Assembly: GCF_004010195.1 (NCBI RefSeq)
Contig: NC_057731.1
Span: 1,080,292-1,144,291 of the forward strand
Direction: 5' to 3'
DNA length: 64,000 nucleotides
Source: Chiloscyllium plagiosum
Lineage: Eukaryota
Position numbers and translations under genes: made by a program. The notes under the pieces are model-generated. The model did no database searches and had not been told where the DNA came from. It saw only the letters and a program-made list of their open reading frames with translations. Positions 1-11,618 of this stretch are shown here, in pieces. Each line of letters starts with the position of its first letter. Position 1 is the stretch's first letter.

Positions 1-306
1 GCAACACATTTTCTGCATTGTAACTGTATCCACAACCATCACTTCCTCTGGAAGTTCATTTCACACACTAACCATTTCCTGTGTAAAGAGGTTGCCCTTC
101 ATGTCCTTTTTAAATCTTTCTCCTCTAGATCTCCTATCTCCTGCACCCCATTTTACTTTTTTTAAAATCCCAACAGTACATGTCCTCCTTATTCTAATTC
201 CCAAAATGCAATACCTCAAACCTATCCATTCTAAAGTTAATTTGCCACTGGCATATTCATTCTATAAGTTATTCATGGCCTCCTGTATTGTGTTGCAGTT
301 TTCCTC

Positions 307-399
307 AGCTGAAAAATGTGTTGCTGGAAAAGCACAGCAGGTCAGGCAGCATCCTAGGAGCAGGAGAATTGTCATTTCGAGCATAAGCCCTTCTTCAGG
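307..399 (-). mobile_element. Penelope-like pLTR single arm with hammerhead-like core
   Basis: Near-identical to the left arms at 4367 and 8191; minus strand reads CTGAAGAAGGGCTTATGCTCGAAA. Confidence 0.75.
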
Positions 400-3300
400 C
401 TTAATATGTAATTTAATGTAATCTAATCTAATGTAAAAATCTTTCAACAGAGTGCCACCTGAAAATTTCAAAACTGAACTTCCAATTCCTGATCCCAAAT
501 TATTAAATTATAAACAACTGTGGTCCTTTTGGAACACAGTTTCCCATCCTTTACCAATCTAAATATCTTTAAAGCCTATTCTGTGTTTAGGTTACTTTTC
601 TCCTGAATAAATAAAAGTAAAATCCTGCAGGTGCTGTAAATCTGAAAGAAACACAAAAAATACTGGAGAAACTCAGGTCTGGCCACATCAATGGAGAGAG
701 AAACTCAGCCCCATGCTCTGACTTTAGTCTGAGTCTACTTGGCGGTCAAAGGACTGGTGATCTGGGCTACTAATAGAAATGAACTGAAATCTCATGAAGC
801 CACATAGCTTTAGGTCAAACAGACGTCCTGCAGATATATTCTCCATGGACTGATAAACCAGCATTTGTGCATGATAGAGAAGCACTGGGGAGGATAAAAA
901 AGGGCAAAAATATACTCTGAGGCGGTACTCTGATTGGCATCAGCATGAATGGTTTGGTAACACCACTTCTGACAAGGCTGGCTAAGTCTTGAAGCCAGAC
1001 TAGGCCTGTGGCAGGTAGCGAGAGAACCAACACAAGAGAAAGACTCAAATGACTTCATCCCTGTAAATTTACACTTCCCTGATGCACAATAGTCAGTAAT
1101 ATAAAGTAAAATGGATCCAGCAGCTCAAAACTGAGCATCTGTGGGACTATCAACTACAGCAGCTGAACTGTATTTAACTATACTCTGTAATCTCATGGTT
1201 TAGCACACTTCACATTCTACGGTGTGAATGCTCATTATATATTAACATTATTATTTATAAACTTGGATATTAAAATTGAAAAATAATGTATAGCTTTCAG
1301 TTTGATTTCTAGATCTTAGCTATGTGTGTTAGGAAGGAAAAGACAAAGTTTTAAGACTCTTTTTAGAGCTTTGTGATGGTACAAGTTTATCTGGAAGCTT
1401 GTCAGAATAGGCATCTTTAAGTAATGTTTATGGCCATGAATTTGAACTTACAGTGAACACTTCAGTGCATTAGGAACGAAGGTAGAAAAGAACGCTGCTG
1501 TTTCTTCATGAAAGGGTCCAGTATCTCAAAAGGAACAGAATCATCCTGAAGGTCAGGGACTGTATGTAGGTTCAGTCAGTGTAAAAAGATGATACTGGCA
1601 TAAAATAGTTAGGACTCGGGAAAAAGGAAACCTCAGAGGCAGGAAACTGTTGAAAGCCCAGGACATGGAAAACTATGCTCTGAGGGTCAGTGAGAAGAAA
1701 CTCCTCAAACTGACTTTAGCCATGCCAACTGAAGAGGAAGTCTGAGGTGGAAACCTTTTACTGAAGTTTGAGTATCTATCTCGTTGGTGAGGATAAAAAG
1801 GTTAAATCTTTATTTCTGATATTCATAACAAGAGTGTTCAAATAGTTCTTGTATAATGTAAAACAGTTTGTGTTATCTTTCCTTTTTTTGTGTCATAAAC
1901 GTTTATGCTCTTTTGTTCAAAGTGCATTGGCAGGTTCTTGTGAATATGTTCAGTGACTGACTGCCAAGGGAAATAAAAGCAGAAATAACACATACAGTCA
2001 TACAGTCATAATCCTTATTCAACACAGGATTAACAGCAGAAGCAGCAAAATGTTAGACAGGGCTAAGCAATCTCAAAACCAATGGATCAGATCAAAGCTG
2101 TTGTCATGCTCATCCAGCTCCACAAATAACCCTATCCTCATAGATGGGGGAGCTCAACACATCAGTGCTAAAGGCTGTACATTTGTCTCCATTTTCAGCC
2201 AGAACTGCTGAGTGGATGCTTCATCCATCTCTGCCTCCATGTGACACCCCCACCATCAGAGATGCCAGTCTTCAGCCAATTCAATTCATTCCATGTAATA
2301 TCAGCAAACAGTTGGAGGCATTGGAAACTGCAAAGGCAATGGGCCCCAACAACATTCTGGAAATAGTATTGAAGAATTCTGCTCCAGAACATGCCACATC
2401 CCAGCAAAACTGTTCCACTATAGCTACAACGAACGCTGGCATTTTTAAATTCATTTATGGGAGGAGGGTCAAAGAGTCATAGAGATGTGCAGCACCGAAA
2501 CAGACCCTTCAGTCCAACTGACCAGATATCCTAAACTAATCTAGTTCCATTTGCCAGCACTTAGCGCATATCCCTCTTAACTCTTCCTATTCATATAACC
2601 TTCCAGGTGCCTTTTATATGTTCTAATTGTACCAGCTTCCACCACTTCCTATGGCAGCTCATTCCATACATGCACCACTCTCTGTGTGAAAAAGTTGTCT
2701 CTTAGGTCCCTTTTAAATTTTTCCCCTCTCACCCTAAACCTATGCTCTCTAGTTCTGGACTCCCCACCCCAGGAAAAAGACCCTGTCCATTTACCCTATG
2801 ATTTTATAAACCCTCAGCCTCTGACACTCCAGGGAGGCTCACTCTGTAATTCATTGCTGGCTGGGCCAGAATTAATTGCCAATCCCTAACTGGCCAGAGG
2901 TCAGTTAAGAGTCAACCACATTGCTGCAAGTCTGGAGTCACATGCAGGCCAGATTAGGTCAGGATGGCAGTTTCCTTCCCTGAAGAGCATTAGTGAGCCA
3001 GATGGGTATTCTCCCCAGCACTCAACAATGGATTCACAGTCATTGTTCGGCTTTTTAATTCCAGATTTTTATTGAATTTAAATTCCATCATCTGCCTTGG
3101 CCGGATTTTAACCCAAGTTCCCAGAATATTACCTGGGTTTCTGGATTAATACCACTAGGCCATCACCTCCCCATCTACCTGACCACATGGAAAATTGTCC
3201 TGGTATGTCCTATGCACACAGAGCAGGACAAATCCAACCTAACAATTACTGCTCCATTAGTCAATTCTCAGTCAAAGTTCATTAATGCCCTTTAAGAAAG

Positions 3301-4267
3301 GAAATCTGCCATTCTTACAGTGACCCCAGCCCGAAAGCAACATGATTGATTTTTACCTGCCAGGCATGTTCAATAAATGCTGACCGAGCCACTGGTTCCC
3401 ATATCTCATGACAAAACTCTGCACCTGATGAACAGCTGTGGTTCAGAAGCAGTTCTGCACTGCCTTCCCCAGGGCATTTAATGATGGGTAATAAATGCTG
3501 GCCTAGCCACAAATTATTAAAAATACACTGTTTTTTTGACTATTGGTCACTGGTGGACCAGTTTTAAATTTTGTATCCTTAAACCCCTCCATAGCCTCAC
3601 TTCTTTTTATCTGTGTAACCTCTACCAGCCCTCTCCAAGATCTCTGCATTTCTTTATGTGCAGCCATATGCACATGCCCCCAGTTCCCCATAACTGGTGG
3701 ATCTGCTATTAGCTGCTGAGACCCGAAACACTGGAATTCCCTCCTTAAATTTCTCTGCCTTTCGATTGCCTCTGCTTCTTTAAGATTCTCTTAAAAAAAT
3801 CTACTTAACACAAAGTACGGTCAACTAGCCAATTGCCTCCTTCTTTGGTTTACTCTCAGATTCTATCTGACTACGCTGATGAGAAGTGCTTTGGTACATT
3901 CTATTACAGTAAAGGTGCTATATAAATGTAAATGTTGTTGGTCCTTTGGTTTAAATAATGCAAACCACAAATCTCACTCAATATGGTATTGTACAATTGC
4001 ACAAGGAATCTCACTGACTCCTGACTTTGGAATATTGAAGGAGTCGCTCTATTTAATATTGAAGGGATAAAGGGTCACATGAGGACTTATTGTTAAAGGT
4101 TGAGCTTGGAGGTATGCATGTACTATCACACTGCAACCATATAAAATTCTTTCAGAATGCACATGAACTTTAAAAAGCATCAAAATCCTGTATTTGAAAA
4201 CTGCAAATCAATCACCAACTATAACAATATCAGATGAAGTCAATGGCATTGAGAATCAGTGTCTTCT

Positions 4268-4842
4268 TGGCTCACTGGTTAGCACTGCATGGTCACATCA
4301 CCAGGGACCCGGGTTCAATTCCACTCTCGGGTGACTATCTGCATGGAGTTTGCACATTCTCCCTGTGCTGAAAAATGTGTTGCTGGAAAAGCGCAGCAGG
4401 TCAGGCAGCATCCAAGGAGCAGGAGAATCGACATTTCGAGTATAAGCCCTTCTTCAGGAATAAGAAGGGCTTATGCCAGAAACGTTGATTTTCCTGCTCC
4501 TTGGATGCTGCCTGACCTGCTGCGCTTTTCCAGCAACATATTTTTCAGCTCTGATCTCCAGCATCTGCAGTCCTCACTTTCTCCTACATTCTCCCTGTGT
4601 CTGTGTGGGCTTCCTCCAGGCACTCTGGATTCCTCTTGTTGTCTAAATGGGAGGTTAGGTGGATTGGCCATATTAAATTGCCCTTAGTGTCCAGGGATGT
4701 GTACATTAGGTGGATTAACCTTGAGAAATGTAGGGTTACAGGGACAGAGTAGGGGGTTGGGTCTGAGTGTGATGCTCTTCAGAGGGTCAGTGTGGACTTG
4801 GTGGGCCCAATGGCCTGCTCCGCACTGTAGGAATTCTATGAC
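4268..4842 (+). mobile_element. tRNA-derived SINE (HE1/V-SINE-like), interrupted by the fold-back element
   Basis: A-box tggttagcac, B-box ggttcaattcc, core gtggagtttgcacattctcc, CR1-type tail. Confidence 0.8.
4367..4585. mobile_element. Fold-back (inverted pLTR) Penelope-derived element inserted in a SINE
   Basis: Inverted arms plus tail ending CACTTTCTCCT; 13-bp TSD ACATTCTCCCTGT (4354-4366 / 4586-4598). Confidence 0.85.
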
Positions 4843-5755
4843 TTCTATAAAATGTAGGGACCACAAACCCAACAACTACACGGAGTCCTAGCAAAACAAA
4901 TGACCTCTGCATGGCCTGAATTTATTGAAACCATTTTGCACACATGTACCCCAGGGGAGATATAAAGGACTTACCATCTACAACTGCTTAGATGTCTATA
5001 ATATTTCTCACGTGTACCACATCACTATGATTAATGCATTCACTAGTTATGTGTTTCCTGCAAAAAAATGTCTTCATCACTGCTGTGTAATTCACTCAAT
5101 GATATGCACAGATTGCAGCATGAAGGCAAAACAAGGTCAGCACTAGCTCCAAACTGAGCAAAAGAAACAAAAATAATAGAGTTGCATAGCTGTTGCACAT
5201 TCAACAAATCAGGGATAGCCCATGGCATTTTCAGACAGGAAGGTACCTCCAAATGTAAGAAATGTGGCAACCAAATTGTGTATAGCATGCTCCTGTGGAT
5301 AGCAATGTGATAAGGTGCAGCTGAAGTATTATTTCCTGGCATCTTTAAGGACAAATATTGGCCATGACACCTTTCAAAAGATAACACCCTTTCAAACCTC
5401 CAAAATACAGCCAGGTACACTTACTATCACTGTCTCATCCAAATCACAAACACTGACTACAATGAAGACTATCTTCAGAAACACATGTTAAATATGGCAC
5501 GTCACCCACAAACTTAGCAGGTAGATACACTGAACATTGAAAAGAAATGTAGATTGGTGTAAAACCAATCTGCTCAACAACAAACTAAAGACTAGTCAAC
5601 GCAACACTAAAAACTGACCAATACCAAACCAGAAACCGATCAACACCAAGTTACAAGTTGACCCACACCAAACTACAACCTGGTTAGTGTTGATTCCAAA
5701 GCGTTGCTCTGAGTCAGTTTAATACTGAGATGAATGAAAGAACGGGATCTCTCAC

Positions 5756-5833
5756 CGTGGACAGCTCGTCACAGCCCAGCAGTTGGTAATAATCCTCGGC
5801 ATCCTGAGCGCTGCGGTTCAGTATGCCGTCCAT
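5756..5833 (-). CDS. DNAJC12: DnaJ homolog subfamily C member 12, first coding exon (rest of gene presumably left of the window)
   Basis: Minus strand ATG (5833) reads MDGILNRSAQDAEDYYQLLGCDELST, then a GTGAG donor (5755-5751). Matches recalled human DNAJC12 N-terminus MDAILNYRSEDTEDYYTLLGCDELSS. DNAJC12 is head-to-head with SIRT1 in human. Confidence 0.93.
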
Positions 5834-5884
5834 CTGGAACGATGTTCCTCAGCCCAGCTCCGGTGTCTGGCTGCTCGACTAGCT

Positions 5885-5891
5885 CCTTATA
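5885..5891 (-). promoter_or_regulatory. TATA-like element (TATAAGG) ~50 nt upstream of the DNAJC12 ATG in a small CpG-enriched patch
   Basis: Plus strand ccttata; motif and position only. Confidence 0.3.
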
Positions 5892-6409
5892 CACGGCGGA
5901 GAGTCCTGCCCAGCGGATATACCTCCCACTGGCTGTGTTTGCTGCTAATCTCACACATGCACACAGTGAGAGGCATGGCCAGCCTCCTGGGACATATAGT
6001 TTTGAACAGCCACAGGTGGACAGTCTCGGTTATTGCTCTCTGCAAGATTAGACAAACACACGTCTCACTTAAAACTATCACAAAATGGACAAGAAGGCGA
6101 GGAATTGAATTCCAAAACAATACCACATTGCATTGATATAGCGCTTTTAAAGGGACAATTTGTCCTTGCGCACTTTACAGTGTTCAGATAAAATGTGACG
6201 CTGAGCTGTAGCAGCAGGTATCAAGTGCAAACCAAAAGCTTGTTCAAAGAAATTGGTCTAAAGAGCACACTAGAGCTGATAGATATTGAGGCAAGAATGG
6301 CAGTAGCGCGGAAATCCCAGCAGGTTGCAGGTCAGAAGGTCATTCTAGAACAGTGATTTCCATCCAGCATTTGTCAGAGACCAGTTGACTGTGGTCCATA
6401 TGGTCTAGA

Positions 6410-6856
6410 TTAGAGTGGTGCTGGAAAAGCACAGCAGGTCAGGCAACATCCGAGGAGCAGGAAAATCGACGTTTCGGGCAAAAGCCCTTCATCAGGAATA
6501 GAGGCATGGTGCCTGCAGAGTGGAGAGATAAATAAGAGGGGTGTGGGTGTGGGGGTAGGGGTGTGAGGTGGGGGAGGGGGAAATGAGGAAACTGGTGAAG
6601 TCCACATTGATGCCCTGGGGTTGAAGTGTTCTGAGGTGGAAGATGAGGCGTTCTTCCTCCGGGCGTCAGGTGGCGAGTGAGTGAGCGGCAGTGGAGGAGG
6701 CCCAGGACCTGCATGTCCTTGGCTGAGTGGAAGGGGGGAGTTGAAATGTTGGACCACAGGGCGGTGTGGTTGATTGGTGTGAGTGTCCCGGAGATGTTCC
6801 CTAAAGTGCTCTGCTAGGAGGCGTCCAGTCTCCCCAATGTAGAGGAGACCACACAA
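6410..6856 (-). mobile_element. Penelope-like element 3' fragment (GIY-YIG endonuclease remnant plus pLTR)
   Basis: CGLLYIGETGRLLAEHFREHLRD in ORF 6410..6919; pLTR with intact hammerhead core at 6468-6495. Confidence 0.85.
6468..6495 (-). ncRNA. Minimal type-I hammerhead ribozyme core
   Basis: Minus strand CUGAUGA-A-GGGC-UUUU-GCCC-GAAA-CG-UC: core boxes, 4-bp stem II and UH cleavage site present. Confidence 0.7.
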
Positions 6857-7534
6857 TGCTTCAACATTTAGATACCTTAGGTTATTTTTTGATTTCTTAT
6901 TTTGTGTACGACACTTCAATTCTGTGGTTAGAGAAAATTGGCAGCATTTTGTGAATATGTCTTAGTGACAGGTCACTAAATATGATCTATCAAGTCAGGT
7001 TTCTTTCTGAAATTTGACATATTGGGATCATAAAGTGGTCCATTTCAACTTCTGGTCAATGGTAACCCAAGGATGCTGATACTTGGGATTCAGCAACAAT
7101 AATTCCACTGAAGGTCAAGGGATGATGATCGGATTCCAGTAAATATGTGAGATCTATTTTTGTTGCACCTGCAATGTAATCAGTAACTGATAGTTAAAAA
7201 AAAATCTGCATGTTGAAACTTGTTACAATCTCCCAGGCAGGTGAGATTTGAACATAGACATTTTGACCCCTATGTACAGGCACTGCCACTGTGCTACAAG
7301 ACTACTATCTGGTCTCTAGGTTACACTGACTATACTCATCTATTAATTTATATTAATGTTCCTTTGATTGTTAAAGCAAAAATTGTAAGCAGCAAAATCT
7401 TAACAATGGTGTATCTTTGGGCCTGTTTACTAAATTCAGTTATTTTGGTTTGTTGGTCTCCAAAGGGATCATACATAAGATAAACCATTTTCTGGAAACT
7501 CATCATAAGATATTGAATTTGATTCTTGCAATTC

Positions 7535-7784
7535 TGCAAAGAGCATCCCATCCAGAGCCACCCAATCCTTGCATTTCCTATGACCAATCCACCTAGTTTG
7601 CACATTCCTTGATGCTACAGGACAATTTGCAATGGCTAATCCACCTAAACTGCACATCTTTGGACAGTGGGAGGAAACAGGTGCACCCGGAGGAAAACCA
7701 AGCAGACACGGGGAGAACATGCATACTCCACGCAGACAGTCACCCAAGGGTGGCACTGCGAGGCAACTGAGCCATCGTGCTACC
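7535..7784 (-). mobile_element. HE1/V-SINE-like SINE (older)
   Basis: Reverse complement of the same SINE core. Confidence 0.75.
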
Positions 7785-8056
7785 AAATATTCCATGGAGA
7801 TGGAGTAAAACAGCTGCTTATTTTCACCAATAAGACCCAGTTCCAGCTTTCTGGGTTTTAAGATGACGCCGGATGATTGGATTCATTTTCCCAAATTAAC
7901 CGGTAGCTTATTCCCAAAAGAAAACAAACGGTGGTACCAGTTTTAACTCTTCCTGCCTGGTAGAAACTGGGAAATAGGGAATTTGAGCTGAGTATGCTCA
8001 TACTGGCTTAGACCTTGGTCCTTTCCTAAGACATGCCCCTTATACTGTATTAGGCT

Positions 8057-8081
8057 GGGGGGGGGGGGGGGGGGGCGGGGG
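8057..8081 (+). repeat. Poly-G tract (G19 C G5)
   Basis: Read directly; potential G-quadruplex. Confidence 0.85.
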
Positions 8082-8190
8082 CGAGGTTACACAAATTGTA
8101 ATTCTAATATACCTATTTTACAACTCTTTAAAACAAACTATGGATAACTTGGGATGTCCTGACTTTGTGAAAGACAATATATCAATGTAT

Positions 8191-8415
8191 GCTGAAAATG
8201 TGTTGTTGGAAAAGCGCAGCAGGTCAGGCAGCATCCAAGGAGCAGGAGAATCGAAGTTTCGAGCATGAGCCCTTCTTCAGGAATCTTTCCTGAAGAAGGG
8301 CTCATGCCCGAAACATCAATTCTCCTGCTCCTTGGATGCTGCCTGACCTGCTGCGCTTTTCCAGCAACACATTTTCAGCTCTGATCTCCAGCATCTGCAG
8401 TCCTCACTTTCTCCT
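8191..8415. mobile_element. Fold-back (inverted pLTR) Penelope-derived element
   Basis: 93-bp arms 8191-8283 and 8287-8379 (4 mismatches), 36-bp tail, 15-bp TSD AATATATCAATGTAT (8176-8190 / 8416-8430). Confidence 0.88.
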
Positions 8416-9800
8416 AATATATCAATGTATATCAAAGCAAATCTCCTTTTTATCTGAGATGGTAATTGTTATAAATTGACACAACCAAAGCATTGGAACA
8501 CAAATTGTAAATGGCGACTAGAGTTGTTCAGGAAATTTGATTGCTTCAAAGGCATGATAGCCAGTTTAAGGGATGCATTGAAAATGTTGGATGAAGCCAG
8601 GGATTGTGGGCAACAATGAACCACCTTGGGAGAAATTACTTATTTCAAAAAGGTCATGAATCTACGGAATTCATTACCCCAGAGTGCAGTGGATGCTGGG
8701 ACATTGAGTAAACTTAAAGAGGGATGGACAGATTTTATATTAATGATGGTTAAAGGGTTTAGGGGATGCTGGCAGGAAAGTGGAGTTGAGGTTAAGATGA
8801 GATCATGATCATTTCAATTGGTGGAGCAGACTGAAGGGACTACCTCTGCTCCTAGTTCTAAGTTCTTATAAATTGACCAGAATGAAGAGATGAAACATCA
8901 AGCACAGCAAATTGACAAGCAGATCCAGACAGAAAATCGCCAAAAGGCAAGGGACTGAAATTCCTGGAAGGAAAATGAGGTAGCCCAATACAAGTGAGTT
9001 CCTGAAGGAACACATTAGCAGAAGTTCAGAACAAGGGGGCAAATAATGCAGAGAGAGTCAGCATGAAACATATAAGCTTTTGAGGTTGAAATCATTTGGA
9101 CCAGGTTTGTCCAATCTCCTGAGGGAGGAGATGTAGATGACCAAATTTCAGAAAGCTCTGATTTGCCACTACAGTAAACATGAATTTCAATGGGTTTGAT
9201 TTGATTGTCACTTTCAGTAGGATATGGTGAAATGTATTGTTTTGCATGCTAACCAGACACATCATACCTTACATAGGTACATCAAAGTAATAGAACAGAA
9301 TGCAAAAGGGTAGGAAGGTGGAGAAGAGAAGGGAAGGGTCAGTGCCAAACCAACATCCCCTCTCCCACATTGTTCCTATAGTCAATTCAGTCACTCCCCC
9401 AAGTTCTGGGGGTTTGCTGGTTAATATTACTGTGGAGTGGTCCCCACATCTGTGATGGTAGCATATCCTTGGTATCCCAGATTGACCAATTGGTGAGTCC
9501 TGATTGGTCATTCAGGATCACTGCAGAGATAACCAACCAGGGTAGTGAAAAGCTATTCAATGATAAAGGTTTTCAGGGAAAGCTTTAATAAACTTTCACT
9601 GTTTGCAGAAGTTCGTGTGCGAAAGCTCGGGAAAGGAACCGAACACCCCCATCCCAGTGCACATTATCACCACTGCCTCCCCCTTTAACCACTATTCACT
9701 TTATTCCCTCTATCAATCCTCTGCCATTTAATTCCTCTCACCACTTTACATGCCTACTCCTCCTTTAAATGTCTTGATCCTCACATTAACCCCACTCACT

Positions 9801-10300
9801 NNNNNNNNNNNNNNNNNNNNNNNNNNNNNNNNNNNNNNNNNNNNNNNNNNNNNNNNNNNNNNNNNNNNNNNNNNNNNNNNNNNNNNNNNNNNNNNNNNNN
9901 NNNNNNNNNNNNNNNNNNNNNNNNNNNNNNNNNNNNNNNNNNNNNNNNNNNNNNNNNNNNNNNNNNNNNNNNNNNNNNNNNNNNNNNNNNNNNNNNNNNN
10001 NNNNNNNNNNNNNNNNNNNNNNNNNNNNNNNNNNNNNNNNNNNNNNNNNNNNNNNNNNNNNNNNNNNNNNNNNNNNNNNNNNNNNNNNNNNNNNNNNNNN
10101 NNNNNNNNNNNNNNNNNNNNNNNNNNNNNNNNNNNNNNNNNNNNNNNNNNNNNNNNNNNNNNNNNNNNNNNNNNNNNNNNNNNNNNNNNNNNNNNNNNNN
10201 NNNNNNNNNNNNNNNNNNNNNNNNNNNNNNNNNNNNNNNNNNNNNNNNNNNNNNNNNNNNNNNNNNNNNNNNNNNNNNNNNNNNNNNNNNNNNNNNNNNN
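9801..10300. other. Assembly gap (500 N, probably placeholder size)
   Basis: Run of N. Confidence 1.
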
Positions 10301-11618
10301 CATGTGACCTTAGACCAACAGCAATATGGTTAACCTTTCCCTGCCATCTACAACTGACTTGTGAAAATCATTAGAAAGTCTCTCAGAAACCAGGCGACTA
10401 CCTGGTTTGAGTTAGGCACCAGAAAAGGCATCAACAAACATAGCTTTGCCAATTCTGTGAAATCGTCTTGACAAACATCTGAAGACTGGTGCCAAAATTG
10501 GAAAGCTATCTCTGAGATTAATCAAGTAACAGCCTGACATAGTCTCACTCATAGAATCATATCTTCCAAATGATGTCCCATCATCAGACCCAGCAGAGGT
10601 GGCACAGTGGTGTATAGTTGGGAGGGAGTTGCCCTGTGAATCCTCAACATTGACTCTGAACCCCATGAAGTCCCTCAGCACCAGGCCAAACATGGTCAAA
10701 AACATTTCCTGCAAATTATCATATGTCTTCCTTCCTTGGCTGATGAATCAGTACTCCTCCATGTTGAACAATACTTGGAGGAAGGAATGAGGTGGGCAAA
10801 GTGTACCCTGGGTATGGGGTTTCTTGGCAGCTGTACTACTGATCAGGTCAGGTTCTAAAGAACATAGCTGCTAAACTGAACCTTTGGCAGGTTGTGAGGG
10901 AACCAACAAAGGAAAACATAGTTGACCTCACCCTCACCAATTTCATCCTCTCAAATCAAAGGTGTCATTGTCCATGCAGTACTTGCTTAACAATAACTTG
11001 CCCAGTAATGCCCAGTAATGCCCAGTTTGGTTTCCACCAGGGCCATTCAACTCCTGTGTTCATTACAGACTTAGTTCAAATATGAACAAAAGGGCTGAAA
11101 TCTTGAAGTGAAAGTTACTACTCTTGAAATGAAGGCTGTATTTGACTGGGTGTTACATCAAGATACCCTGCAAAACTGGAGTCAGTGGGAATTGGACAAA
11201 ATTTCTCTGTTGGTTGGAATCATAGCTGGCACAAAAGATGTTGGTTGTGGTTCTTGGTGGTCAGACATCTGCATTCTAAGATCTCTTTGCAGTAGGATGC
11301 TTGGCTCAAACATCTTCAGCTGCTTCTTAAATGACCATATGCACTTCTGTCCTTATGATTTGAGGTATATTTGTCGATGGTTCTGATCATTGTACAGTCA
11401 TTCATAATTCCTATCATTGAAGTAGTTCATGTTTCAATGAAGCAAAACTTGGACAATATGTAAATTTAGTCTAAAAGGTGACAAGTAACATTTGTGTCAC
11501 ACATTGAGAATTTAACCATCGCCTCTTGAGATTCAATGAAATTACCACCCTGAGTCTTTTCACTCACCATTCTGGGGGTTACCACAGACCAGAAACTGAT
11601 CTGGACTAGCCATATAAG

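Noticed and set aside
1186-2035. Possible solo LTR (TGT...ACA ends)
   Set aside because: No matching TSD, PBS/PPT or second copy seen.
1-5750. DNAJC12 exon 2 (HPD motif)
   Set aside because: No convincing CHPDK-encoding exon found on the minus strand; probably left of the window.
9746-10307. 185-aa ORFs
   Set aside because: Artefacts of translating the N gap.
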